Notes: a model not told the origin generated them from the sequence alone. Shown: positions 52,467 through 64,000, counted from the first letter of the stretch. The stretch: DNA of 64,000 nucleotides from Octopus bimaculoides (GCF_001194135.2 NC_068991.1:8126207-8190206); one strand, 5' to 3'. A program made the numbers and translations.

Positions 52467-52715
52467 ATCATCATCATCATCGTCGTTTAACGTCCGCTTT
52501 CCATGCTAGCATGGGTTGGACGATTTGACTGAGGACTGGTGAAACCAGATGGCTACACCAGGCTCCAATCTGATTTGGCAGGGTTTCTACAGCTGGATGC
52601 CCTTCCTAACGCCAACCAGTCTGAGAGTGTAGTGGGTGCTTTTACGTGCCACCGGCACGAAGGCCAGGCAGGCGGTACTGGCAACGGCCACGCTCAAAAT
52701 GGTGTATTTTATGTG
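52467..52715 (-). mobile_element. Family C retroposon (runs into a gap)
   Basis: (CAT)n-cgtttaacgtccgctttccatgctagc... on the + strand. Confidence 0.85.
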
Positions 52716-52739
52716 NNNNNNNNNNNNNNNNNNNNNNNN

Positions 52740-52792
<53 letters not shown>

Positions 52793-53619
52793 TATTTATA
52801 ATGTGTGTATATATGTATGTACATATATATATATGTAGTATGAGGCATTTTGAGAAATGACGTCATAATGACGCACAAACAACCTGCGACAGTTTTCAAT
52901 GAAAGGAGAAACTAAATTAATGCAGAAAAATTACTATATATCGTTGGATGTGAGACAAGGGAGGTAACATACTAATCCGCTGTGAAGTTTACTTCCCTTT
53001 ATGGTTTTGTGCTGATCTACATATCGATCTATCTTTATAGTATTGTTAGATGTACCACTGTCAGTGTTGATTTAAGGACTTGACATACATTTCATCATTC
53101 TCTCTCTCTCCCTATATATATACATACATACACACACACACACACACATATATATGTGTATAAATCTTTTTTTTTTTTTTTCATTTTTTTTGAAATTGCT
53201 CTTATTCGTGGTTTGGGATTTAACTGCCCTTTCCAGCATACAAATACGTAAATTGTTTGTACACTATTTTATATATATATATATGTATATGTATATATAC
53301 ACACAAATACACACACACACCATTGCCACTACCGGTAAAAAGTGATGTTATTCATTTCTGTCATATTTCAAGAGTCCTTAATTGTCTTTCTTCAAGCTAT
53401 GTGTTCTGTTTTTCCTGTATTTCTTTCTGTCTGTGCACCTAATTACTTGTTACACGTGTAAAAATGGAATAAATGAACATTTATGTGCATGTACATGTGT
53501 GTGAGTGCATGTTTTATTGTTGCTGGTATTATTGATTACTTATATTTACCATTGATAATATTAGCAGTAATATCTTTAGGAATATTCACATTTGAATATT
53601 CTGCTCATTATTTTATATA

Positions 53620-53860
53620 AATAATAATAATGGTATTTTTATATAAGCTTAAAGCTTATGGTGATCACTAAACAAAATAATCTAATCAAGAGGCATATAA
53701 GCCCTTAACAAAAAGAAGAAGGCTTTCCTATCCGTAGATAGGAAAGCCTTCTTTTTTCTGTCGAGGGCTTATATGCCCCTTTATTAGACTATTTTCCTTA
53801 GCCATTGTACAGTGATCGCCATAAGCTTTAAGTTTATATAAAAATACCATTATTATTATT
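53620..53860. repeat. ~240-bp imperfect palindrome (hairpin element) 260 nt upstream of the large exon
   Basis: Core aagaaggctttcctatc-cgta-gataggaaagccttctt (53716-53753). The outer ~50-bp arms match with 2 mismatches; the right arm has a small insertion. Confidence 0.85.
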
Positions 53861-53865
53861 GACAG

Positions 53866-53942
<77 letters not shown>

Positions 53943-54119
53943 AATTCAAATAAGTTATCATTATCTTTAAAAATATAGTGATAAAGTGGCCAGCAAACAT
54001 AATCCAATATATGAAAAATTTTTATTAGCTATCCCTTATTGGAAGCAAGGGATAAGATATTCCACAAGATTCAGAATAAATGTTGATACAATTTTTAAAA
54101 AATTTATTTTATCTTTCAG

Positions 54120-55518
54120 CGATGAAAGCTATAGAGTTATGGTGGGCAGGACTGAAGCTGGCATTTTTGAGAATCAACCAGTTGTTCTAGATGGAGTTGT
54201 CCGTTGCCATGATTCTGTTGGTGAGGTTAAACTTCCAGAAGAAGGTACTGCTAGAAATTTGGCTCAGAAGTTCAAGGAATACGAAAGTGAAAGTCTGAAA
54301 CCAGTTATTTCCAGTACTACTCCAGTTTCAGTTAGGTGTGAACAAGATAAAACTGAATTTGTCTCAGAACCGAAAACCCATATTGAAACTTATGAAGGCA
54401 AACCTGATTTAGGAATCTTTGAAAGTCAACCTTCAGACCTCCCTGAAGACATTACACCTGGGTTTGTGAAACCTGATGAGAAGTTGCCAGAAAGGGGCAC
54501 AGCACAAAATTTGTTGGACAAATTCAAAGATATTCAAAAATCTGCAAGCGAAATAGTGGTCAGTGGTCAACCAGATTTAACTCCTGATCTAGCTTCCAAA
54601 ACTGAATATGTCTCAGAACCACGCAGTACATTTCAACCATATTGTGGTACAACTGAAAGTGGTATCTTCGAAAGCAAACCCGTCTATGATCCAGCTGTTA
54701 TCCGTCCTGAAGAAGTGGACACCGAAGACATATTGCCAGACGAAGGTACAACTAGGAATCTACTTGCTAAGTTTTCAAAATTACAAGAAGACAAACCTTA
54801 TATTTCGAAACCACCCATCGACGTTATTACTGCAAAAGAAGCTGGTCCAACCATTGCTGAAAGTCAGCCAGTTATCCTCAGTGATGTTTTCAAAGAAACC
54901 GATGTTGCAGAGGAAAAACTGCCTGAAAGTGGCCAAACAAGAAGTCTTTTAGCAAAGTTTCGAGAAATTGAAAGTGGAGCTGGTTCCCAGTCCGCTTCTC
55001 CTCGAAGTCGCAAGGAGTTTACTCCGCCACGTGAGGATCCTCGTGGGCTTAACAAAGAAGCTGCTGTGAGTGGTGTCTATGAAAACACTCCGAAAAAGGG
55101 TTTAGAATATGAACCGACGAAAATAGAAGGAGGAATCTTTGAGAATCAACCTGTCAACCGGCAAGATGTGACAAAGGAAGCTGATACAAGCGGAGAAGCT
55201 CTTCCGGAAAAGGGAACAGCACGTAGTCTTCTGTCGAAATTTAGCAAAATTGAAAACAATGCGCCCAACGCAACTTCACCAAGATCTTTAAAAGAATTTA
55301 CTCCTCCCAGAGATGACTTACCAGTTAAATCTACAGCTGTAACTAACAAAGTAACTTCAGAGAACGAACCTCAATATCGGTGTGATATCTCCAGGGAAGC
55401 TGATACTGATTGGAGTGAGGGCTTACCATCGAAGGGAACAGCAAAGAGCGTTGTTGATAAATTCCGTAACATTCAAGAAGAAGCCAAAAAAGATTTGGCC
55501 AAAGGAATGCCCAAAAAG
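54120..55518 (+). CDS. Large internal coding exon (1 nt + 466 codons) of a repeat-rich, acidic/Pro-rich protein with six ~42-aa repeats; possibly a cytoskeletal/muscle actin-associated protein (unverified)
   Basis: Stop-free frame inside ORF 53986-55587 with normal codon complexity and higher GC than its flanks. Acceptor tttattttatctttcAG ends at 54119; donor AAG|GTAGGA at 55519 (phase 0). The ORF 5' of 54120 and 3' of 55518 reads as intronic AT-rich sequence. Repeats at about 54160-54285, 54412-54537, 54661-54786, 54847-54972, 55132-55254 and 55351-55476. Confidence 0.9.
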
Positions 55519-56412
55519 GTAGGACAATTGGTTTGTAATTTTTTAGGCGTGATCTATTTGTTACCATGCATACATGTATATATATAAAAATATATATATA
55601 TGTGTGGGTGTTTGTGTGTGTGTGTGTATACATGTAATAGTATAATATTTATTTGTATATTTAAATATATGTTAATATTTTATGAACATTCTTGAATGTA
55701 TTGTGTAATGCATATCAGATTAATGGATTCTGCAATTTGAATTGTGAAGATTTATATTTTATCATTATTATTATTATTTTAGCAAAATGGAAAGAGTTGT
55801 AATTTTCCAAAAATGTTTCTTATCTTTCAAAGAAACTTTGTTAAAAATATCTATATTCTGATGTTTCTGGACACACACACACACGTTTTGCGTTCATCGT
55901 GCATCCACAAGTAGAGAGGTGGAAGGTGTACTCGAATCTAGATACTTGCTGCTGGAAACAGCCCAGGCATAGCAGAGATGATTAAGTTACTGTCTCTGCA
56001 ATATACCATTCATAAACAACTGGGGGGGGGGACCAAACTACAGGTACACACATATATATATTTACCGGAAAGTTTAATAAAAGAATATGGAAATCGTGTA
56101 CGCTCTTTCCACTTTTTTTAATTAAGATTTCTTAGTACAGAGAAATAAAATTAGAAGCGATTCTCTCCCCTTAAATTGCATATATATNNNNNNNNNNCAT
56201 TGGTCGGCCCGAGGCTATAGTAGAAGGCACTTGCCCAAGATGCCACGCAGTGGGACTGAACCCGGGACCATGTGGTTGGTAAGCAAGCTACTTACCACAC
56301 AGCCACTCCTACGCCTATATATAGGTTCAAAAAAAGGAAAAAGACAAAAAAACAACGTGAGGACGTGATACAGATTGTGTTACAAGACGCTCGGGAAAGG
56401 AAAGAGAGAGAG

Positions 56413-56449
56413 AGTATGACGTTTCGAGCGGAGCTCTTCGTCGGAAACG
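56413..56449 (-). ncRNA. Near-complete minimal type I hammerhead motif (U4C variant) in a probable Penelope-like end
   Basis: Minus strand reads CGUUU-CCGACGA-A-GAGC(ucc)GCUC-GAAA-CGUC/AUACUC: stem II GAGC/GCUC, palindromic ACGU stem III, GUC cleavage triplet, stem I GUUU/AUAC with one mismatch. Confidence 0.55.
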
Positions 56450-57034
56450 AGGAAAGTTCAAAGAAGGGAAAAACGGAGGAAGAAAAAATCGTTACNNNNN
56501 NNNNNNNNNNNNNNNNNNNNNNNNNNNNNNNNNNNNNNNNNNNNNNNNNNNNNNNNNNNNNNNNNNNNNNNNNNNNNNNNNNNNNNNNNNNNNNNNNNNN
56601 NNNNNNNNNNNNNNNNNNNNNNNNNNNNNNNNNNNNNNNNNNNNNNNNNNNNNNNNNNNNNNNNNNNNNNNNNNNNNNNNNNNNNNNNNNNNNNNNNNNN
56701 NNNNNNNNNNNNNNNNNNNNNNNNNNNNNNNNNNNNNNNNNNNNNNNNNNNNNNNNNNNNNNNNNNNNNNNNNNNNNNNNNNNNNNNNNNNNNNNNNNNN
56801 NNNNNNNNNNNNNNNNNNNNNNNNNNNNNNNNNNNNNNNNNNNNNNNNNNNNNNNNNNNNNNNNNNNNNNNNNNNNNNNNNNNNNNNNNNNNNNNNNNNN
56901 NNNNNNNNNNNNNNNNNNNNNNNNNNNNNNNNNNNNNNNNNNNNNNNNNNNNNNNNNNNNNNNNNNNNNNNNNNNNNNNNNNNNNNNNNNNNNNNNNNNN
57001 NNNNNNNNNNNNNNNNNNNNNNNNNNNNNNNNNN

Positions 57035-57108
<74 letters not shown>

Positions 57109-57955
57109 ACCTTAAGTAGCAGTTTGCACTGAGCTATCCACGTATGTGGGTGTGGGTGGGTATGTGATTGATTTATTAAATATTGTTCATTCTAATAGTG
57201 TTGTTTTCCTCAAGTTATATAGTTGCAGATAAGCGAAATCAGAGTTAGGGCAACATTGTTGCATCGAGTTATGTCCCGTTAATTCAAATCAACAAAATTA
57301 ATGACCTTGTGCTAAATATTAGAAATTATTCATTACACAAGCAATAAATTAATTCCACTTGATAATGTAAGCATTCGTTGTGTAAAACTGGAAAGCATTT
57401 AAGTGGAATTTATCATCTAAATATAATGAGGTTTGTTGCTTTGAACATTTTCTTATGTATTTAAGGAGTTATCGCCCTTGAGTTAGCCGTTTTATATATT
57501 AAACATCATTGAATCGCTTCTCTTCAATAACGTTTATGGAGTCTAAGCCACAAGTTTCAGGTTTTTAAATTTAAAAACTACTAAACTTATATAAATATGG
57601 CTTTTCAACTAGAAAGTTTACTGGATAATAAAATTTCATTTATAAATCGAGCATAAGCAGTTTGTAGAGCACAAATGGGCATTCTATTGGCTATTCTTGT
57701 TTAGTGCTGATTGTACTTTCTCTACAAGTACCTCACTGCTACTCCGTGGCTAATGCCGAGATACGTATATGCCAAAGCTGACACAAGGGCTTGGCACAGC
57801 CCTGCAGCTTACCAGACTTTGTCAAACCGTCCAACATATTTCAGCATAGAAAATGAATGTTAAATGATGATGAGTACATATAGTATATATATAGAAATAT
57901 ATATATGCATGTATATGTGTGTGTGTGTGTGTGTGTGTTATACATAATATATATA

Positions 57956-58284
57956 TTGGGTCATCCCATAAATAATGCTGTTTTTTATATTGTTCGACCC
58001 CCATATACTGCATTCATATTCTTCGCACTTTCTATTGCATTGTTGCCTTTATTGAACTCATAAAGTAAAATATGCTGAATATGCTCATTTGCCACTTCCA
58101 TTATGGCTTTGAAGAAATAACTGTTAAAATTGAACTGCACTCTTCAAAACTTGCACTAAGAATAAGACCAAGCTAAAATTACTACCTGCTTTTATATCAA
58201 GTTGGTGCAGATAAATTATCCTATCCCCCTCCGACTTTTAGTTCATGCAATTGAAAAAACTGCATTATTTATGGGATGACCCAA
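57956..58284 (-). mobile_element. Mariner internal-deletion derivative with 5' transposase remnant
   Basis: 23-bp TIRs TTGGGTCATCCCATAAATAATGC / GCATTATTTATGGGATGACCCAA with TA on both sides. Minus-strand 58101-57985 translates MEVANEHIQHILLYEFNKGNNAIESAKNMNAVYGGRTI*, matching the mariner transposase N-terminal HTH pattern (H.RH.LLYEF..G..A.EA..NI..VYG). Confidence 0.85.
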
Positions 58285-60275
58285 TATACACACACACACA
58301 CACACACATATAAAACTCTTTGCAAAGAATTCTTGATACAGTCACAATATTTGATGAAAGATTATTCTAAAATTTAAAATTATTGATTATATACAAAAGA
58401 AACTTTTAAAAAAAAACAGATGAGAGACAAACCTTTTGGAACACGCATGCCTGTGTGTGTACGTGTGTACAATGAAACATCATCTTATTTTTGCTTCTTT
58501 TTTTTTCCTTTGTTTTTTTTTCTTGTAATTCCTGTCATCAGCTAATTTTAATATGTTATTTTTATTTAATGGTCAACAATCTTGCATTCTCTAGATTTTT
58601 TGATTTTTTTCAGATTATCACACTTCCAGAATTGAACAAGATTATCTTAATGTTTAATACTATCATTTTTCCTATTGCTTACTTTTCACCCCACTCAAAT
58701 GTTCCCTCTACATAGGGGTTTGCCCATTACTCACATCAAGTTCTCTTGTCTATATTTTATTCAGTGTCCTCAATCTCGAATCAGTGAAACCATCCTGTAG
58801 TAACACCTTAATTTAACAATTAATTTCATCTAACTAGCTTTTTTTTTTTTAACAGACCTTAGTAATAAAAACTCAAACTGACAACTTACTTTACAGTACA
58901 CAGTTGAAACTTAGGTGCACTGCTATGAGCTTGCTCTCAGATATCTGAGACTGACATGGTCATACACATAGTATGGTTACACATCTCTGTTAATCTAATG
59001 TAAGAAAACCTTGTGTAGCGTGGTTACTCCACATTACTCTGTAAGAAGCACAGGGCTGGTTTCTCTGGCATATATATTCCTTCTTGGACAGGATGCTGGT
59101 CTGTTGCAGGATGACTCATTTTTACCAGCTGAATAGACTAGAGCAATGTGAAATGAAGTGTTCAGGAATCGAAACCACAATCTTACAGTCAGGAGTCCAA
59201 CACCCTAACCACTAAGCCATGCACATACAGGAACATAATGCTGCAGGGGGTTTTGAGATAAGGACCCTTTTATTTATTTTTTTTTTTGTTTTGTCTTGTT
59301 GGCAGTTGTTAAAACAATGAATTAGGTCCAAAAGGAATATTTAACTATATATATGGGATAAACTTGTAATTAATATTCTGGGAATATAATTCTGATAAAA
59401 CAAAATATAAGAATAATTTTGTACTTAATTAAAAATTTTTAATTCTTTTGAATTAATCTTATTCAAGAGAGAAATACATACAGGCACCCTGTGTAGGTGA
59501 TCATGATATAAACATGCACCAGAAGATCCAAACACGGTACTTTGAGTTCTGTTAATTTATATGGCAAAGCATTGTTAACAAAAAGATGTAATGGAATTAC
59601 ACTCAGTTAACATATCTCTTTACATTTGGGTTCTGCATTCATATCGCTGCAGATATTGTGCTGCGTTCTGGAAGTGTGTACTTATAACATTTACTTTTAA
59701 GCATTTCATTTTTTTCTCAAAGATATTTATTTTTCAGCCAGAGTATAAGTTTTTAATTAGTTCAAGCTAATGAGCAATTTGTATTAAGAGTTAAGAACAA
59801 AAGATCACATTCAGCTAAACCAAACTCAGTAATCGTAATAAAATTATTTGTATGAAATTTTGCATGTATTTTAGGGCAAAAATTTTCGACTATCATTTAC
59901 CAAAAGACGAAAGGTGGGTTTGTATGTTGTTTAACTGCCTCCCTCATATTTATTAAAACATCCCAATTCTTTATTTTACAGGGATTTTCCTGCTTTAATC
60001 ATTTCCCTATTTTCTCAAGACCTCTTTTCTCCCAAATTTATTTCTTAAAGATATCACATTTAACCCTTTTTCACTTTCCCATTTCAATGACAAATATTCG
60101 CAAATGTTTTGTCTTTTAACTAACCTGAAATATTAAGGCCTTAAATTAAATGCAAAAAACAAAAACAATAATAATAATAATCCAGTTCCCGTAGTATAAA
60201 ACTGCCTTTGCCTTTTGTATTTCAATGCCATCTCACTAGTTTGATAGCAAACAACTGTACTTTGAATTTATATAT

Positions 60276-60716
60276 ATCATCATCGTTTAACGTCCGCTTT
60301 CCATGCTAGCATGGGCTGGACGATTTGACTGAGGACTGGTGAACCAGATGGCTACACCAGGCTCCAATCTGATTTAGCAGAGTTTCTACAGCTGGATGCC
60401 CTTCCTAACGCCAACCACTCCGAAAGTGTTGTGGGTGCTTTTACGTGCCACCAGCACGAAGGCCAGTCAGGCGGTACTGGCAATGGCCACACTCAAAATG
60501 GTGTATTTTACGTGCCACCTGCACAGGAGCCAGTCCAGTGGCATTGGCAACGACCTCGCTCGAATGTTTTCTCACGTGCCAGTAAGGCGATGCTGGTAAC
60601 GATTACGCTCAAATGGTGCTATTTACGTGCCACTGGCACGAAAGCCAGACAGCTGCTCTAGCAATGATCACAATCGGACGGTGCTCTTAGCGCTCTACTA
60701 GTACAGGTGCCATCAC
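60276..60716 (-). mobile_element. Longest family C copy, with internal tandem sub-repeats
   Basis: Same tail, then repeated tttacgtgccacc...gccagt...actggcaa...ctc(a/g)aatg units. Further copies at 5140-5295, 18430-18599, 20638-20830, 21068-21275, 28400-28600, 41955-42145 and 51870-52075. Confidence 0.8.
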
Positions 60717-62368
60717 NNNNNNNNNNATATATATATATATATATATATATATAAGTAATTAAGATTCAGTTGAATTAGGTACTTAAGTTGAAGCACCAAG
60801 TCAGTCTGGTATTATCGACACAGCTCGAAGTAAGGTGAATAAAATCAAAATGAGTAACAGGATATCCTGTTGCTTATTTTGATTTTATGTATGTATATAG
60901 GCATGAAAAAATTCTGTGGTATCACAGTAATAATACTAGAAACCTTGAAGTGATGTTGGTAGAACTATTTTATACTAACAAAAATACTTCAATAGAGAAA
61001 TATGCAGTGAAAACAGGGACATTGCAATTCCTGACAGGTTGAGCTAATATTTCCGTTGTTTCTACTCTAGCATATCCACCCTACAATTACTTTTATATTA
61101 CTTTACGCCTAGCCGTAGTGCTAATTTTCAAAGTCCTTAATTTCTATCAGACTGTCCAACATCACTGTCCTTCTGTTTGTTGCTTTTCAAATCGCAAAAC
61201 ATTAGCATACACGCACACAAACATTTGCTCACAGATATATATATCTATATATAAAGTGAATGCTTATGATTGTTTGAAATATTTGATTTTATTGGAAGAC
61301 ATCCGATGCCTCTTCATCCCAAGGATGTGTGTATTGTCTTACTTAGCAGAGAGAGAAGAAAAAAACCCCATAAAATGATGAATTATTGAATTTCTTATTT
61401 TGTGATCCTTCATTTGTGCAGTTGAAAGCAGATTTCTTTTCTTATTCCCTAGTTTATCTAAAGTACACACATAATTTCTGAGTGACCCGGCGCCTGCCAT
61501 CAGGTATTATCTTGCATGGAAATCTTTTTCCCCTTTCATTGACATTACCATAATTATCTCCAGTAATAAATTGATTGTTGAAATAATCTTGTTGTTGTGA
61601 TGAAAGCATCATTAATGAAGCATCTGTGTGTTGACTATTATTCAAACAATGATTATCCTATTGTTATCTAACTTCCATTGCTTATGCTGTCTTTCGGACC
61701 AAGGAAAAACTGAATCCAAACAAGGAAAACTGTCAGATTCTCTTTTTCTTTTGTTTTCAATGTCTTTTGGGTTTCTTTGTTGTTTTTTTTTTGTTTTTTT
61801 TTTTGTCTTCTTATTAATATTCTTGCAGTGAATACAGATCCAATTGCCTAAAAAACTTTTCTCTTAATCACTTCTTGTTCTTTTTCTTTTCTTTTTACAT
61901 TTATTCCTTCTTCAATCTTTTCATAAAAACGTTGGTTTTAGTTCAATATAGAATTTCTAATTTTGGGGTTATTTCTATATATATATTTTTTTTTTTTATA
62001 GTAAACTTATGTTCAAAACGTTTCTCTCAAAAACCAATGATTTCTAAATTGTATTCAGATGGTGTNNNNNNNNNNNNNNNNNNNNNNNNNNNNNNNNNNN
62101 NNNNNNNNNNNNNNNNNNNNNNNNNNNNNNNNNNNNNNNNNNNNNNNNNNNNNNNNNNNNNNNNNNNNNNNNNNNNNNNNNNNNNNNNNNNNNNNNNNNN
62201 NNNNNNNNNNNNNNNNNNNNNNNNNNNNNNNNNNNNNNNNNNNNNNNNNNNNNNNNNNNNNNNNNNNNNNNNNNNNNNNNNNNNNNNNNNNNNNNNNNNN
62301 NNNNNNNNNNNNNNNNNNNNNNNNNNNNNNNNNNNNNNNNNNNNNNNNNNNNNNNNNNNNNNNNNNNN

Positions 62369-62413
<45 letters not shown>

Positions 62414-63965
62414 CATACACACACACATACATGTATGTTTGTGTGTATATATGTATATATATATATCTATATACATACACATACGTTTGTGTGTGTGTGT
62501 GTGTGTATATATATAATATAAATGTCTGTGTGTGTTTAAAAAGAGAGAGAAAGATATATTGTTATAGTCAATGTGATGTTTTTATCTATGGATTTGGTTG
62601 TTGTTATTTTTTTTTTATCCATCTAAAATTTCACACATAGAATTATTATTATTATTATTATTATTAAGCACAATCTCTAAAGCAAATGCGAAGAAGGTTC
62701 TCAAATAAGGTTCATCATAGGTTTCTGTGTGGCCATTGTCAACTGGACACTGTGATATTTTGTTCCATTATCCAGCATGCCATACTACTAATCTGTACTT
62801 TCCAAGAATTTTGTTTGCACCGAAAACCGAATCCCTGCTTGTTTATGTTTAGTTTATTTTGCCTTTTTCAATGCTTTTGTTTTTCTTTCATCATCATTAT
62901 TATTATTATTATTATTTTAATTACTGAAAGGTATTTTCATTTTAAATACGTAAAACTGGTATCTTTTGAATTATCTGCCCATCGTGAGATTTGTTCTTAA
63001 ATAACTTGAGAAACATTAGGCTTTATTGATGAAGCAAAATGGAAATGATTGAAATAAATTTGTTGGTAATTTCACACGCACACACATAATACTTATTGAT
63101 GCAATCAGATTCTCACAGCAAATTTTACAATAATATATTGCTGTATCATGTGGGAAGGACATTATTGTTAAAAGATGTCTGAGTTATTAATTTCTTTATC
63201 AAGTTGTCATATTTTTTAGTTACACTGCTGCGTTTCAGGAAACGCATTGTAAAAAAAATTACATAAGCGTAGCGAAAAACCTTCATGAATAAATTAAAGA
63301 AGTGAACTGCAGTCAGTGCTTGTGTTTTTGTTGGCAGAATTACCCTCCCAAAATGCTGCAGTCCCGGTTTCAGCATACAGTTTTGTGTCAAGAATCTCAC
63401 GAAACAGGTAGAAAAAATACAATGATGGTTATTTTCCATTTTATTTGGATCAGTTGCATGGCAAATTTTATCAACTCCTGCTAGAATGAAAGCTATGTCA
63501 ACAGTGGTGTTGTAATATTGTATATCTATTATTTCTGCCACTCTGCCATTAGCTGGACGTCAATATTCTATTGACCAGTCCAAGATTGATCCCAATCTTT
63601 CATATGACGTAGAGCATTGAGCAAGGCTTGAACTTACAACCTTTAACCCTACATTTAAATTGGCCATACCCGGCTCGAATATTCTACCTATTTTATGTTC
63701 AGACTGGCTAGATCTGGCCTCTCACACCTACCTTACAATGTCATTCCAAAAGTATGCTATCACATCATCAAAAATCTCAAAGCTATGCAATAATGCATCA
63801 TTACTTCAAAAAACATGAGGCGCAGGAGTGGCTGTGTGGTAAGTAACTTGCTTACCAACCACATTGTTCCGGGTTCCTTGAGCAAGTGTCTTCTACTATA
63901 GCCTCGGGCCGACCAAAGCCTTGTGAATGGATTTGGTAGATGGAAACTGAAAGAAGCCCGTCGTA

Positions 63966-63996
<31 letters not shown>

Positions 63997-64000
63997 GTAT

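Noticed and set aside
53986-54119. N-terminal 45 codons of the 533-aa ORF as a real protein start
   Set aside because: AT-rich, begins at GTG and ends in a polypyrimidine tract plus AG; a phase-matched upstream exon exists. The tail after 55518 likewise runs into (TA)n intron sequence.
58856-58915. Next coding exon after a strong T-tract/AG acceptor (also 63362-63407)
   Set aside because: Donor is weak or peptide uninformative, with no similarity to the repeat protein or a LIM domain; cannot be told from chance.
60420-60716. CRISPR-like repeat/spacer array
   Set aside because: Eukaryotic context; units are degenerate internal repeats of a retroposon without unique spacers or cas genes.

Overview
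AT-rich, repeat-saturated animal genomic DNA with many N gaps. The SINE/MITE/microsatellite landscape looks like an octopus (coleoid cephalopod) genome; this is inferred from recalled repeat families and was not checked by search. The only well-supported coding sequence is one + strand gene. It has a 1,399-nt exon (54120-55518) encoding six copies of a ~42-aa repeat (G[IV]FE.QP...LPE.GT[AT]R.L..KF..I[EQ]) and a phase-compatible 58-nt exon upstream (51497-51554). Candidate ATG-bearing first exons lie 32-38 kb further upstream (13619-13736, 19137-19188, weaker 15972-16015). The gene continues beyond 55518, but no downstream exon could be identified. The rest is intronic: four tRNA-headed or LINE-tailed SINE families, RTE, R4/NeSL-like and Tx1-like LINE remnants, piggyBac-like, hAT, mariner and Helentron-like non-autonomous elements, three foldback structures, and Penelope-type ends with degenerate minimal hammerhead ribozyme motifs. 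Nearly all other ORFs in the supplied track are artefacts of microsatellites, N runs or repeats. I see no clearly new multi-gene system. The best leads are the repeat protein and its first-exon architecture, the hammerhead relics, inverted repeats around the coding exons, and repeated SINE-into-SINE insertion at one nucleotide.
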